From an uncultured Clostridia bacterium (lineage in GTDB: Bacteria; Bacillota; Clostridia; TANB77; CAG-508): a stretch of DNA of 64,000 nucleotides. Location: the NCBI GenBank assembly GCA_944391575.1, contig CALXUC010000003.1, positions 16,459 through 80,458 on the forward strand, written 5' to 3'. Each line of letters starts with the position of its first letter. Positions within the stretch are counted from its first letter, which is position 1. Positions 28,025 through 36,906 of this stretch are shown one piece after another. Made by a program: the position numbers and the translations under genes. The notes under the pieces were generated by a model, which was not told where the DNA came from, made no database searches, and was given only the letters and a program-made list of their open reading frames with translations.

Positions 28025-28720
28025 TTATTCTTCTACAACATTCGTTGTATTTCCTGTAGTATTTCCAACTGTGTTTTCAACTGTATTTTCAGTAGTTTCT
28101 TCTGTTACATCATTTATTGCTGATGCGGCAACATTTGATATGTTAACATTAATATCTTTAACAGTAAATGTAGATTTTAGATTTGATTTTTCTACATCTG
28201 GTACCATATTAAAATTTTCTATTTTAAATTCTAATTCTGGATCATCTTCTAAATCATATATAAAATCTGTTATTCCTACATAACTACCATTTACAGTAAA
28301 TCTTAAATCTTTTACCTCTGCTATACCGCTAGAACTATTTGTAATTTGCAAATTAACTTTCACATTGTGTTCATCAGCGTAATTTCCTATTGAAATCCAC
28401 AACTTTTCTACTTCATATTTTTCTTTAGTTAATGCTTCTCGTATATCTTCTGTACTGCTTTGTGCTAAAACTCTTTCATATTTTTCTCTTTGAGTTGCAA
28501 CTTCTTCTAAAGCTGTATTTAATTTATCATTTTCTGTATTAAATTCTACTTGAGTTAAGTCAGTTGCTTCCTCTATCTTCATATCTACTTGATCATTTAA
28601 AGTCTGTATTTCTGATACGCCTAAAACTTTAAATTCGCCTATATCAAAGCCATCTCGTATAAAGAAAAATGCTAACACTAAAATTAATATAGCAAGTACT
28701 GCAAATAAAAACTTTCTCAT
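28025..28720 (-). CDS. PilO-like pilus assembly protein
   Basis: 231 aa with an N-terminal TM segment followed by coiled coil. It overlaps the pilM/N stop by 4 nt. Confidence 0.45.
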   Translation of the reverse strand: MRKFLFAVLAILILVLAFFFIRDGFDIGEFKVLGVSEIQTLNDQVDMKIEEATDLTQVEFNTENDKLNTALEEVATQREKYERVLAQSSTEDIREALTKEKYEVEKLWISIGNYADEHNVKVNLQITNSSSGIAEVKDLRFTVNGSYVGITDFIYDLEDDPELEFKIENFNMVPDVEKSNLKSTFTVKDINVNISNVAASAINDVTEETTENTVENTVGNTTGNTTNVVEE

Positions 28721-30369
28721 GGCAATTCTCCTTCTATAGTTACTTTTACAATATTATCCAATTTTACACTACTGTCACTTGATACATTTTTTAATATATT
28801 ATTAGTTTTTAATATAGCTTTAAAATACCCTAAATCATCATAATTTTGTGATTCTGCATTAATTACTATTTTTCCATCAACATTATTCTCTATAGAAGTT
28901 AATTTAACTTCTTTTGGAATAACTGACATTATTCTATTTAATAAAATTGGTATTGCTTTTTTATACTTATTATCTTCAACAACTTGATTTGTAAGACTTT
29001 CTAATTTTGCAATACGTTGTGAATATTCTAAAGATTTGGCTTTAACTGTTTCTGTATTTTCTTGTATAGTTTTAATTTCCTTATTAGTCTCATCTATTAC
29101 TTCATCAGCTTCTGCAATTTTTTTAGTCATTTCACTATTTAAATACACACTTCCAGCTGCAAAAACAGACATACACAATATACCAGTTACACCAACTCTA
29201 ATAGCACTCATTTCAAAAGGCTTTATTGGACCTTTTAATGATAAAGCTGGTTTTAAATCTACTCCACCACCATTTTTAAATCTATTTGCTAATTCTTTAA
29301 AGCTTGGTAATTTAACATCAGAATTTAATTTCATTTGCAATGTTTTAGTAGACATTGTTGTTTTTAAATATGTGTTTTTGAACATTGCTTCTTTATATCT
29401 TTTTTGTAATCCTTGCATTGCAACTGCTACTGCTGAATTCACTTCTATATAATCTTTTATATTTATATTATTAGCAAATTTATCTATAAAAAATGGTGAT
29501 AATATTTCGCATTTATATGTCGGCATATATTCTTGAAAATATAAGTCTATATTATTAATTAAAGCCGCAGAACCAGTAATATAAATTTTTCTAACTGTTA
29601 ATAATTGATTTTCAAATTTATTTTTTACTTCTGATACAATTTTATATAATACTGGCATTATCTCTTTCAAGTATACATTTTCTACTAATTGCATATCACT
29701 AGTTTCCATAGTGTAGATTGTTGTATTTTTACATATCTCGTAAGCTTTTTGTATTGAATTTTCTTTTTCATTTATTTGTTCTATTATGTCTTTCATACCT
29801 AAATTAATAACTTCAATATCATTAATTTCATTATTAACCATAGTAGTTATTTTGGTATCTTCTTCTATATTTACTATTGCGTAATTTTCTTTTTCTTTTT
29901 TTGGCAAATTAGACAATGCTACTGGTAATGGAACTAAATGCCCTACCCTAAAAGCTTGCAATTTTTGCATTTTTGAAGTTATATCAGCTCTTTCAACAGA
30001 TATATATATAGCTTTTGATTTTTCCTTATTCATATAATCTTCCGCCAATATATATCTAGAATCTAATGTTTTGTAACTATACCCTTTTTCATCACACAAT
30101 AATTCAAATTCAGAATTTAACGCTTCTTCTATATCTTTTTTCTTAAGCAAGCTAAATACAGAAAAATAATTATACATTTCCCCTGTTAAATTCATACAAA
30201 TTGGAATATTATGACTATCTGTTTCTTCTAAAATTTCTTTTAAAGCTTTTTCTAGGTCATCATTAAATTTAATTCCAAATGCTTCGATTTTAATATCTTC
30301 TTTTTCAATTCTAACTTTAGCATATTTAATTAAGTTATTTTCCGTTGAAATACCTAAACAAGTCGCCAT
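28717..30369 (-). CDS. pilM: PilM (actin-like ATPase fold) fused to a TM + PilN-like C-terminal region
   Basis: 550 aa. The N-terminal ~330 aa are PilM/FtsA-like, with a TM segment (VTGILCMSVFAAGSVYL) and then coiled coil. It is the first gene of the cluster. Confidence 0.6.
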   Translation of the reverse strand: MATCLGISTENNLIKYAKVRIEKEDIKIEAFGIKFNDDLEKALKEILEETDSHNIPICMNLTGEMYNYFSVFSLLKKKDIEEALNSEFELLCDEKGYSYKTLDSRYILAEDYMNKEKSKAIYISVERADITSKMQKLQAFRVGHLVPLPVALSNLPKKEKENYAIVNIEEDTKITTMVNNEINDIEVINLGMKDIIEQINEKENSIQKAYEICKNTTIYTMETSDMQLVENVYLKEIMPVLYKIVSEVKNKFENQLLTVRKIYITGSAALINNIDLYFQEYMPTYKCEILSPFFIDKFANNINIKDYIEVNSAVAVAMQGLQKRYKEAMFKNTYLKTTMSTKTLQMKLNSDVKLPSFKELANRFKNGGGVDLKPALSLKGPIKPFEMSAIRVGVTGILCMSVFAAGSVYLNSEMTKKIAEADEVIDETNKEIKTIQENTETVKAKSLEYSQRIAKLESLTNQVVEDNKYKKAIPILLNRIMSVIPKEVKLTSIENNVDGKIVINAESQNYDDLGYFKAILKTNNILKNVSSDSSVKLDNIVKVTIEGELP

Positions 30370-30513
30370 ATTATTCTCCTTTGTTCTTATTTTTTACAAT
30401 TAGTACAAAAAAATACTTGTATATTTTTACAATTTTATATATTTTTTTTCGTTAACTCTTTCTTTATTATATTTTATCTTTTTTTTTGAAAAAGTCAATA
30501 CTTTTTATTAAAA

Positions 30514-30557
30514 TGTAATATTATTGTAATATTTTTGTAATATTTTTGTAATATTTG
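30514..30557. repeat. four tandem 11-bp repeats TGTAATATT(T/A)T
   Basis: TGTAATATTAT TGTAATATTTT TGTAATATTTT TGTAATATTTG, in the divergent pilM / dodecin-spoVA intergenic region. The period of 11 bp is about one helical turn. Confidence 0.8.
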
Positions 30558-30650
30558 TTAAATATACTTTTTTTCTTTAATTTTTATAGTATATTTTTGA
30601 TTTTTTTGTAAAAAATATTACTATAATTTAAAATTTTAGGAGGTAAATTT

Positions 30651-30890
30651 ATGGCAGTAAAAAAACATATTAGAATTACAGGGTGTTCAAATATATCTTG
30701 GAAGGATGCTATTGTTAAAGCTATTGAAGATGTTTCAAAGACTATTCATAATTTAGAAAAGGTAAGTGTTCTTGAGCAAACAGCTTGCATACAAGATAAT
30801 AAAATTACTGAATACTTTGTATTATTAGAAATACGTTTTACTATTGATGACAATATTAGAAACGAAAAATGTAATAATGAAGAAGATTAG
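30651..30890 (+). CDS. dodecin-family protein
   Basis: 79 aa: KHIRITGCSNISWKDAIVKAIEDVSKTIHNLEKVSVLEQTACIQDNKITEYFVLLEIRF, matching the dodecin pattern. RBS is AGGAGG. Confidence 0.55.
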   Translation: MAVKKHIRITGCSNISWKDAIVKAIEDVSKTIHNLEKVSVLEQTACIQDNKITEYFVLLEIRFTIDDNIRNEKCNNEED

Positions 30891-30898
30891 AAAGGTGT

Positions 30899-31348
30899 AT
30901 GAATTTTATGGAAAATAAAATTACTCCTCAAGAGTATGAGGAATATGTAGAAAAGAAATCACCTAATTCGCCTATTTTAAAAAATTGTTTTAATGCTTTT
31001 TGGGTAGGTGGTTTAATTTGTACTATAGGGCAATTTATTTTAGAATATTGCAAATATATCAACTTAGATACACAAATTTCATATACTGTTGTTTCTGTAG
31101 TATTAATATTTTTGAGTGCTTTTTTAACTGCATTAAATATTTTTAATAAAATAGGTAAATTCGCAGGAGCAGGTTCGCTCGTTCCTATTACTGGTTTTGC
31201 TAATTCTATTGTCTCTCCTGCTATGGAGTACAAATCTGAAGGATATGTTTTAGGAGTAGGTGCTAAGATGTTTACTGTAGCGGGTCCGGTTTTGGTGTAT
31301 GGCATTTCTACATCAGTAATTGTTGGAATTATCTATTCATTTTTTTAG
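30899..31348 (+). CDS. spoVAC: stage V sporulation protein AC
   Basis: LKNCFNAFWVGGLICTIGQ and TGFANSIVSPAMEYKSEGY are typical SpoVAC strings. An alternative ATG lies at 30908. Confidence 0.9.
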   Translation: MNFMENKITPQEYEEYVEKKSPNSPILKNCFNAFWVGGLICTIGQFILEYCKYINLDTQISYTVVSVVLIFLSAFLTALNIFNKIGKFAGAGSLVPITGFANSIVSPAMEYKSEGYVLGVGAKMFTVAGPVLVYGISTSVIVGIIYSFF

Positions 31349-31417
31349 ATTTTTTAATTATATATTGTTTGTAAATATAATTAATAATAAATAAAAATAT
31401 TTAAGAAAGGATTTCAT

Positions 31418-32428
31418 ATGAAAAAAATTGGTTCTCAAACTATTCAATTAGAAAATAAAGTATATATTTTAAGTTCTGCATCTATTGTTGGTCCTAAAGA
31501 AAGTGAAGGGCCTCTAGCAAAACACTTTGACTTATGTTTAGATGATGAGTTTTGGGGTGAAAAAACTTGGGAAAAAGCTGAAAGCAAAATTATAAAGGAA
31601 TGTGTAAATATGGTTGTTGCTAAATCTGGTTTAGCTAGCCAAGATATAGATTTATGTTTTGCTGGTGATTTGTTAAACCAATGCATATCTTCTTGCTTTG
31701 GATTACGTTCTTTAAACATCCCATTTATAGGCGTTTTTGGAGCTTGTTCAACTTTTATTGAAGCCATTTCTTTAGGTTCTGTTTTTATTGCTGGTAATGC
31801 TGCTAAAAATGTTGTTTGTGCTACTTCAAGTCACTTTTGTAGTGCTGAAAAACAATTTAGATACCCTTTAGAGTTAGGAAATCAAAGGCCACCTACAGCT
31901 CAATGGACTGTTACTGGTAGTGGCAGTGTTGTTTTATCTACTTCTTGTGATAATAGCCCTTATGTTACTTATGTTACTCCCGGTAAGATTGTAGACATGG
32001 GTATTAAAGATGCTAACAACATGGGAGCTGCAATGGCAATGTCAGCTGTAGATACTATAATAACTCACTTCAAAGATACTGGCAGAACTCCGGATTTTTA
32101 TGATTTAATATTAACTGGAGATTTAGGTTATATAGGTAAAGAAATTGTTATAGAAAATTGTAAAAAAGAAGGATACGACTTATCAAATAATTATAACGAC
32201 TGCGGTGTTTTAATCTTTGATAAGGATAAACAAGATACACATTCTGGCGGTTCCGGTTGTGCATGCATTGCAACAGTTTTTTCTGGATATATCTATAAAT
32301 TATTAAAAGAGAAAGAAATTAAAAAAGTTTTGCTTGTTGCAACAGGTGCATTAACTAATGCAACAACATCTGCTCAAGGTGAAAGTATTCCGGGAATTGC
32401 ACACGCTATTAGTGTAGAGTTTGAATAA
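31418..32428 (+). CDS. spoVAD: stage V sporulation protein AD (thiolase-like fold)
   Basis: 336 aa with SSASIVGPKESEGPL and GACSTFIEA. It sits between spoVAC and spoVAE. Confidence 0.9.
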   Translation: MKKIGSQTIQLENKVYILSSASIVGPKESEGPLAKHFDLCLDDEFWGEKTWEKAESKIIKECVNMVVAKSGLASQDIDLCFAGDLLNQCISSCFGLRSLNIPFIGVFGACSTFIEAISLGSVFIAGNAAKNVVCATSSHFCSAEKQFRYPLELGNQRPPTAQWTVTGSGSVVLSTSCDNSPYVTYVTPGKIVDMGIKDANNMGAAMAMSAVDTIITHFKDTGRTPDFYDLILTGDLGYIGKEIVIENCKKEGYDLSNNYNDCGVLIFDKDKQDTHSGGSGCACIATVFSGYIYKLLKEKEIKKVLLVATGALTNATTSAQGESIPGIAHAISVEFE

Positions 32429-32476
32429 AATATTCTAGTCAAAGTTTGCAATTTAAAGAAAGGATTGATATTAAGA

Positions 32477-32863
32477 ATGGATTTTATAAATAGTATAGAT
32501 TGGTCTTTAGTTTTAAAATGTTTTATTACTGGAGGATTAATGTGTATAATAGGACAAATTTTAATAGATAAAACTAAATTAACTCCCGCTAGAGTTCTTG
32601 TTATATTTGTAACTACAGGAGGTATTTTAGGCGCTCTTGGAATATATCAACATCTAATAGATTTTGCAGGTGCTGGCGCTACCGTTCCTTTAACAGGTTT
32701 TGGTAACTTGCTTGCAAAAGGTGCTATTCAAGAAGTTCAAACTAATGGACTAATAGGTGCATTTATAGGTGGTACTAAAGCAGCAGCTGGTGGTATTGCA
32801 GCAGCAATTTTCTTTGGTTATATTGCTTCACTTATTTCTAAGCCTAAGATTAAAAAGCAATAA
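32477..32863 (+). CDS. spoVAE: stage V sporulation protein AE (AEB type)
   Basis: ITGGLMCIIGQILID, KLTPARVL and PLTGFGN are present. I prefer the ATG at 32477; the ORF track starts at a TTG at 32465. Confidence 0.85.
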   Translation: MDFINSIDWSLVLKCFITGGLMCIIGQILIDKTKLTPARVLVIFVTTGGILGALGIYQHLIDFAGAGATVPLTGFGNLLAKGAIQEVQTNGLIGAFIGGTKAAAGGIAAAIFFGYIASLISKPKIKKQ

Positions 32864-32936
32864 GGTAAAAAATACTAATTTTTTAATAAATATCAATAAA
32901 GTCTTATTATTATATGTTTTTTCATTTAGAAAGAAT

Positions 32937-33290
32937 TTAAAACTGTCCACGATTGATTTTTTTTATTGTATAATTAGTTGTTGAAAAAGTGTTACACAAA
33001 TATTCTACAACCTTTTCAATATTAATACTTATGTCACATAAAAAAATATCAATAGCAGCATACTGATGTTCTGGCCATGTATGAATTGTAAAATGTGATT
33101 CTTTTAATACCAACACTCCACTAACTCCATATGGCTTGAATTGATGAAAGCAGCTCTTTACTACATTAAAATTACCAATCTTTCCTGCTTTCGTCATTAC
33201 ATCTTTTATTTTAGAAATTGAAATAAGATATTCATCGTTACAGTCGTAAAAATCCAATATGTAATGTACACCCAATATATCATTCATCAT
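32937..33290 (-). CDS. speD: pyruvoyl-dependent S-adenosylmethionine decarboxylase proenzyme (SpeD/SpeH type)
   Basis: 117 aa with GVSGVLVLKESHFTIHTWPEHQYAAIDIFLCD, which carries the E-S self-cleavage site and HTWPE. This closely parallels Bacillus SpeD. Confidence 0.85.
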   Translation of the reverse strand: MMNDILGVHYILDFYDCNDEYLISISKIKDVMTKAGKIGNFNVVKSCFHQFKPYGVSGVLVLKESHFTIHTWPEHQYAAIDIFLCDISINIEKVVEYLCNTFSTTNYTIKKINRGQF

Positions 33291-34368
33291 AATTCTCCTC
33301 CATAATCATTTGAAAATAGTCTACTGAATAATCTCTAAAAAATTTTTTTGGTTCTTCAATCCAGCTTCTTACCTCTTCCCATAATTTATTCATCCCTTGA
33401 ACACCATAATAATTTATAAAGTTATCATAGCTTATAAATGCTTTATTAATATCTTTATATGCATCGTTTTTTAAGTATAAACTTTTTGAAAACTTAGCAC
33501 CTGACCAATCTAATATAACAGGAGCAAAAAGTCTTATAGGGAATTCGTTAAAACCTAATTTTACAAGCCCTTCCGTATGTATTCTTTGTGCCCAAATACC
33601 AGACCAATCACTACCATCCAACATTATTGTTAAAGTATTATTCTTCTTATCTTCTTCTAACATGGCCGCACCTTTAGTTAAATCTCTGAATTGAGTATTT
33701 AAATCCACGTATTCTTTATTACTTTCTGTAACATTTATTTCATATGAACCATGAATTGGGCAATCTCCCTTAAGAAATATCTCATTTTTATTATGTTTTT
33801 CTTTTAATTTTTTTATATTTTTTTTACCAAGTCCACATATTGGGCAGATTGTTCTAACATGCAAATCAGACGAAGATGGAAATAACAGTTTTTTAAAATA
33901 CTCCTTTTCATTTATAATATTTATAAGAGTTCTTCTTACAAATTTATTGCTTTGAAATTCATTATAACTTCTTATATAATATGGAAGATTTGCATAAGTT
34001 GATAAGATTTCTAAAATCTCTTTAAATCGTCTCATATTAGCTAGTTCTTTAGTTTCATGATTATAATAACTATGACGTTGATCTTTATAAAAAATCTCAC
34101 CATTATATTCAACTATTTCTGCTGGACTATTCTCTAATTCATCGAATTGAACTTCAGTTTGCACTTTCAAATCATCTCTAATCTTATTTGCCAGTGCAAA
34201 AGCGGACATAAGTGTTGTTATAGTTCCTAAATGCGGACTGCTATTTGGTTGTGCTGATGTATTTATAATTATCTTTTTTTGATTTCTATACTTATATAAT
34301 ATTAAATCGCTAAGTTTGTTAGTTATATGTGCCATTCCAACTGGTGGATAGAATACTTCTCTTATCAC
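33280..34368 (-). CDS. truncated class-I aminoacyl-tRNA-synthetase-like ligase (catalytic domain only)
   Basis: 362 aa with a HIGH-like NSSPHLGT, a KMSKS-like GAKFSKS and a Zn knuckle CPICG…CPIHG. There is no room for an anticodon-binding domain. GTG start with RBS GGAGGT, overlapping the upstream stop by 1 nt. Confidence 0.5.
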   Translation of the reverse strand: MIREVFYPPVGMAHITNKLSDLILYKYRNQKKIIINTSAQPNSSPHLGTITTLMSAFALANKIRDDLKVQTEVQFDELENSPAEIVEYNGEIFYKDQRHSYYNHETKELANMRRFKEILEILSTYANLPYYIRSYNEFQSNKFVRRTLINIINEKEYFKKLLFPSSSDLHVRTICPICGLGKKNIKKLKEKHNKNEIFLKGDCPIHGSYEINVTESNKEYVDLNTQFRDLTKGAAMLEEDKKNNTLTIMLDGSDWSGIWAQRIHTEGLVKLGFNEFPIRLFAPVILDWSGAKFSKSLYLKNDAYKDINKAFISYDNFINYYGVQGMNKLWEEVRSWIEEPKKFFRDYSVDYFQMIMEENYDE

Positions 34369-35420
34369 TATTTACCTCCATGATATACTACCATAATTTC
34401 TTTTTTAAATACTTCTTTTCCAATTTTAACAAATTTCTTTTCTAATTTATTTTTTTCCCCTTTTGTAAAAGGAATAATCTCATTTATTTCAAAAATTATT
34501 TTATTCCTTCTCAATTTATAATGCCATGTTCCCTTTAATCCATTAGATACTAATATTACACCTTCAACTTGTCCAGCCGCTTTCCAAATTAGTGATTTAT
34601 TATTTCCATTTAATACCCATTCCTTATCTTCATAGCTAATTAAAAGTGGATCAAACTTGCCAAGAATAATTGGATAATTTATTTTTATTTCATTAAAATC
34701 CGGCAATGATTCATAATAATATTTTTTATTATTAATATATATATACTTTGCAGATTTAATATACTCATCTAAGTCCTCTTTGATTTCTTTATATTTTAAT
34801 CCAGACCAATGCAAGAAATCTTGCCTTGTTGCCGGTCCATAATATTTAAAATACCTATAAATCAAATCGGAAATTGGCTTTTTATTGTCTATAATATCAT
34901 TTTGCTTATACAATTTTTTATCTTCTTTGTTAAGAATACCATACAGCACCTTATAATACGTAGCTAAAATTAATAAACCACTCCATTCCATTATCTCTTT
35001 TGATTTGTATTTGGGTATAATATTTTGAATTTCTTTTTTTTCTATCATATTATTTTTATTCTTATCTAAAAATCTGACGATCGAATTTAAATATTCACTA
35101 TAATCTAATTCTAAATGTTTAGCATATTTATATACCCAATTATCACTTTCGCGATATAAATCTGAAATTAGATTATAATCATTTTTATGATATATATGTA
35201 ATGTTGTCCTTTGTCCCCAACTTTTAATTAAATTTGTATCAGTAAAAATATTATTTTTATGCTTTATCCTATTATATATAGATATTAATGCATAAGTTTG
35301 ATATTGGCATTGTATACCAATTAATGATTGAACACATATGTCAGCATTTTCAAACCTATTTAATAGTCCATTATTATACAACCTTAACTTTTGCAAGTCT
35401 AAATTTGAATAATCACTCAT
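34368..35420 (-). CDS. HTH_42 winged-helix protein, AlkZ/YcaQ-family DNA glycosylase-like
   Basis: 350 aa with IGIQCQYQTYALISIYNR (Q37-C38-Q39), WGQRTTLH and YFKYYGPATRQDFLHWSGL. This pattern matches the 'winged helix DNA-binding domain' / YcaQ family. Confidence 0.55.
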   Translation of the reverse strand: MSDYSNLDLQKLRLYNNGLLNRFENADICVQSLIGIQCQYQTYALISIYNRIKHKNNIFTDTNLIKSWGQRTTLHIYHKNDYNLISDLYRESDNWVYKYAKHLELDYSEYLNSIVRFLDKNKNNMIEKKEIQNIIPKYKSKEIMEWSGLLILATYYKVLYGILNKEDKKLYKQNDIIDNKKPISDLIYRYFKYYGPATRQDFLHWSGLKYKEIKEDLDEYIKSAKYIYINNKKYYYESLPDFNEIKINYPIILGKFDPLLISYEDKEWVLNGNNKSLIWKAAGQVEGVILVSNGLKGTWHYKLRRNKIIFEINEIIPFTKGEKNKLEKKFVKIGKEVFKKEIMVVYHGGK

Positions 35421-36108
35421 GTTTTATCGCATATATAAGTACAGAATCATAGTTTTCGTCATTAGCTATTGAGACCTTCTTTACATTTAAAATCTTACAA
35501 TTACGTTTTCTAGCAAAATTTTGCACAATTTTTTCAGATAGATAATTATTATTAAATCCCATTTTTTTACTATATGATGTAGAAAAACACCAATTAGCCC
35601 CTAACAATATTCCATCCTTTTTTAACAAATCATAAAGTTTTTCTAAATTACTTATATATTCCCTTTCATTTTTACATAATCCTAATAATCCAAATTGTGA
35701 GACATTGTTATATTTAATGGTACTATTCATAGATGAGCATAAAACGTCACATATTAAATAATTGATATTTGTCTTAAGAACATCATTAAAATCTTTATTA
35801 TACTTCTTTAACGGATATTCATAGCTTTTGGGGTATATTTCTTTTTTTCTAATCTGTTCATTAATAAAAAAAGCTTCTTTAGAAATATCTACACACAATA
35901 CTTTTTCAATATTTTTAAATGCAATTAACCAAAAATATATATTGCTCCCGCTACCAAAGTCAATTAACGTTCCATTAGAAGAATAATTATTTATTAATTC
36001 TAAAATATCTTCTGTCCCTTGGTCTTCTCTAAATGGTGCACCATAATAATCGTAAAAATATCTTAACTGCTTACTATATTCTTCTTTGTTTATCCTATCA
36101 AAATCCAT
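35413..36108 (-). CDS. class I SAM-dependent methyltransferase-fold protein
   Basis: 231 aa with motif I LIDFGSGSNIYF, then acidic CVDIS. Confidence 0.55.
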   Translation of the reverse strand: MDFDRINKEEYSKQLRYFYDYYGAPFREDQGTEDILELINNYSSNGTLIDFGSGSNIYFWLIAFKNIEKVLCVDISKEAFFINEQIRKKEIYPKSYEYPLKKYNKDFNDVLKTNINYLICDVLCSSMNSTIKYNNVSQFGLLGLCKNEREYISNLEKLYDLLKKDGILLGANWCFSTSYSKKMGFNNNYLSEKIVQNFARKRNCKILNVKKVSIANDENYDSVLIYAIKHE

Positions 36109-36144
36109 AATCAGTCACACGTTCAATCTCATAGTTTTATTAAT

Positions 36145-36906
36145 CTATTCGATATGCTCCTTTCTATTTTTATCAAAAATTCGTTTTAACACAATAATAT
36201 ATGTTCCATTATCATATTCAACTTTTTCTTGTATTAAAAATTTATTACTTTTTTCTATTATTTTTTCGACTAAATTATATTCATAGTTGTATAATCTAAA
36301 ATTTGTTTCAAAAAGAAAATTATCTTTATCAAAGTATCGATACCCAAAATCAATATAATTTTTATGATGTATATGCTTATTGTACCTTTTAATATTTAAC
36401 CCTTTAAATGTAAATCGTTTTGAAAAATAAAATTTATTATCTTCAATTTTTGAATCATAGTATGGCAAAAACTTTCCATAATTAAAATTAAATAAATCTA
36501 AAACAATATATTCTGATACAAGATAACTATTATTTAAAAAAGTTTTAAATTCGGAATAGTTTAAATATTGCATCCCTTGCTCTAAAACAAAAATACAATC
36601 ACATTTAATTTTTAACTTATTAATATCTTTCATATCTTGAACATATGTTTTTACATTTTTTATCTTTCTTCTTTTTTTTTGCTCATTTATAAAATCTATC
36701 ATGTTTTTTTCAATATCTATAAAATATGATTCTTTAAATAACTTTGAATAATCCTCTAAATATAATCCGCTAGCACAAGGACAAAGAACCGCATAATTAA
36801 TATAGTATTTGCTTTTAATTGCTTTTAGTAATTTAATATTCTTCATGTCTTTTTTTACTTCTCTACTATAAAAAGCAGCTCTTTCTTTATATGTTATTTT
36901 CTTCAT
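36145..36906 (-). CDS. divergent class I methyltransferase-fold protein
   Basis: 253 aa with a variant motif I AVLCPCASGLYL, then FIDIE. The assignment is tentative. Confidence 0.35.
   Translation of the reverse strand: MKKITYKERAAFYSREVKKDMKNIKLLKAIKSKYYINYAVLCPCASGLYLEDYSKLFKESYFIDIEKNMIDFINEQKKRRKIKNVKTYVQDMKDINKLKIKCDCIFVLEQGMQYLNYSEFKTFLNNSYLVSEYIVLDLFNFNYGKFLPYYDSKIEDNKFYFSKRFTFKGLNIKRYNKHIHHKNYIDFGYRYFDKDNFLFETNFRLYNYEYNLVEKIIEKSNKFLIQEKVEYDNGTYIIVLKRIFDKNRKEHIE

Noticed and set aside
30514-30557. The 11-bp tandem repeat as a mini-CRISPR or coding repeat.
   Set aside because: The repeats are contiguous with no spacers. The array is only 44 bp long, intergenic and AT-only.
30558-30650. 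A sigma-G promoter for the dodecin-spoVA operon.
   Set aside because: TATAAT-like and GTATA-like strings are present, but none has the consensus spacing. This is too ambiguous in AT-rich sequence to call.
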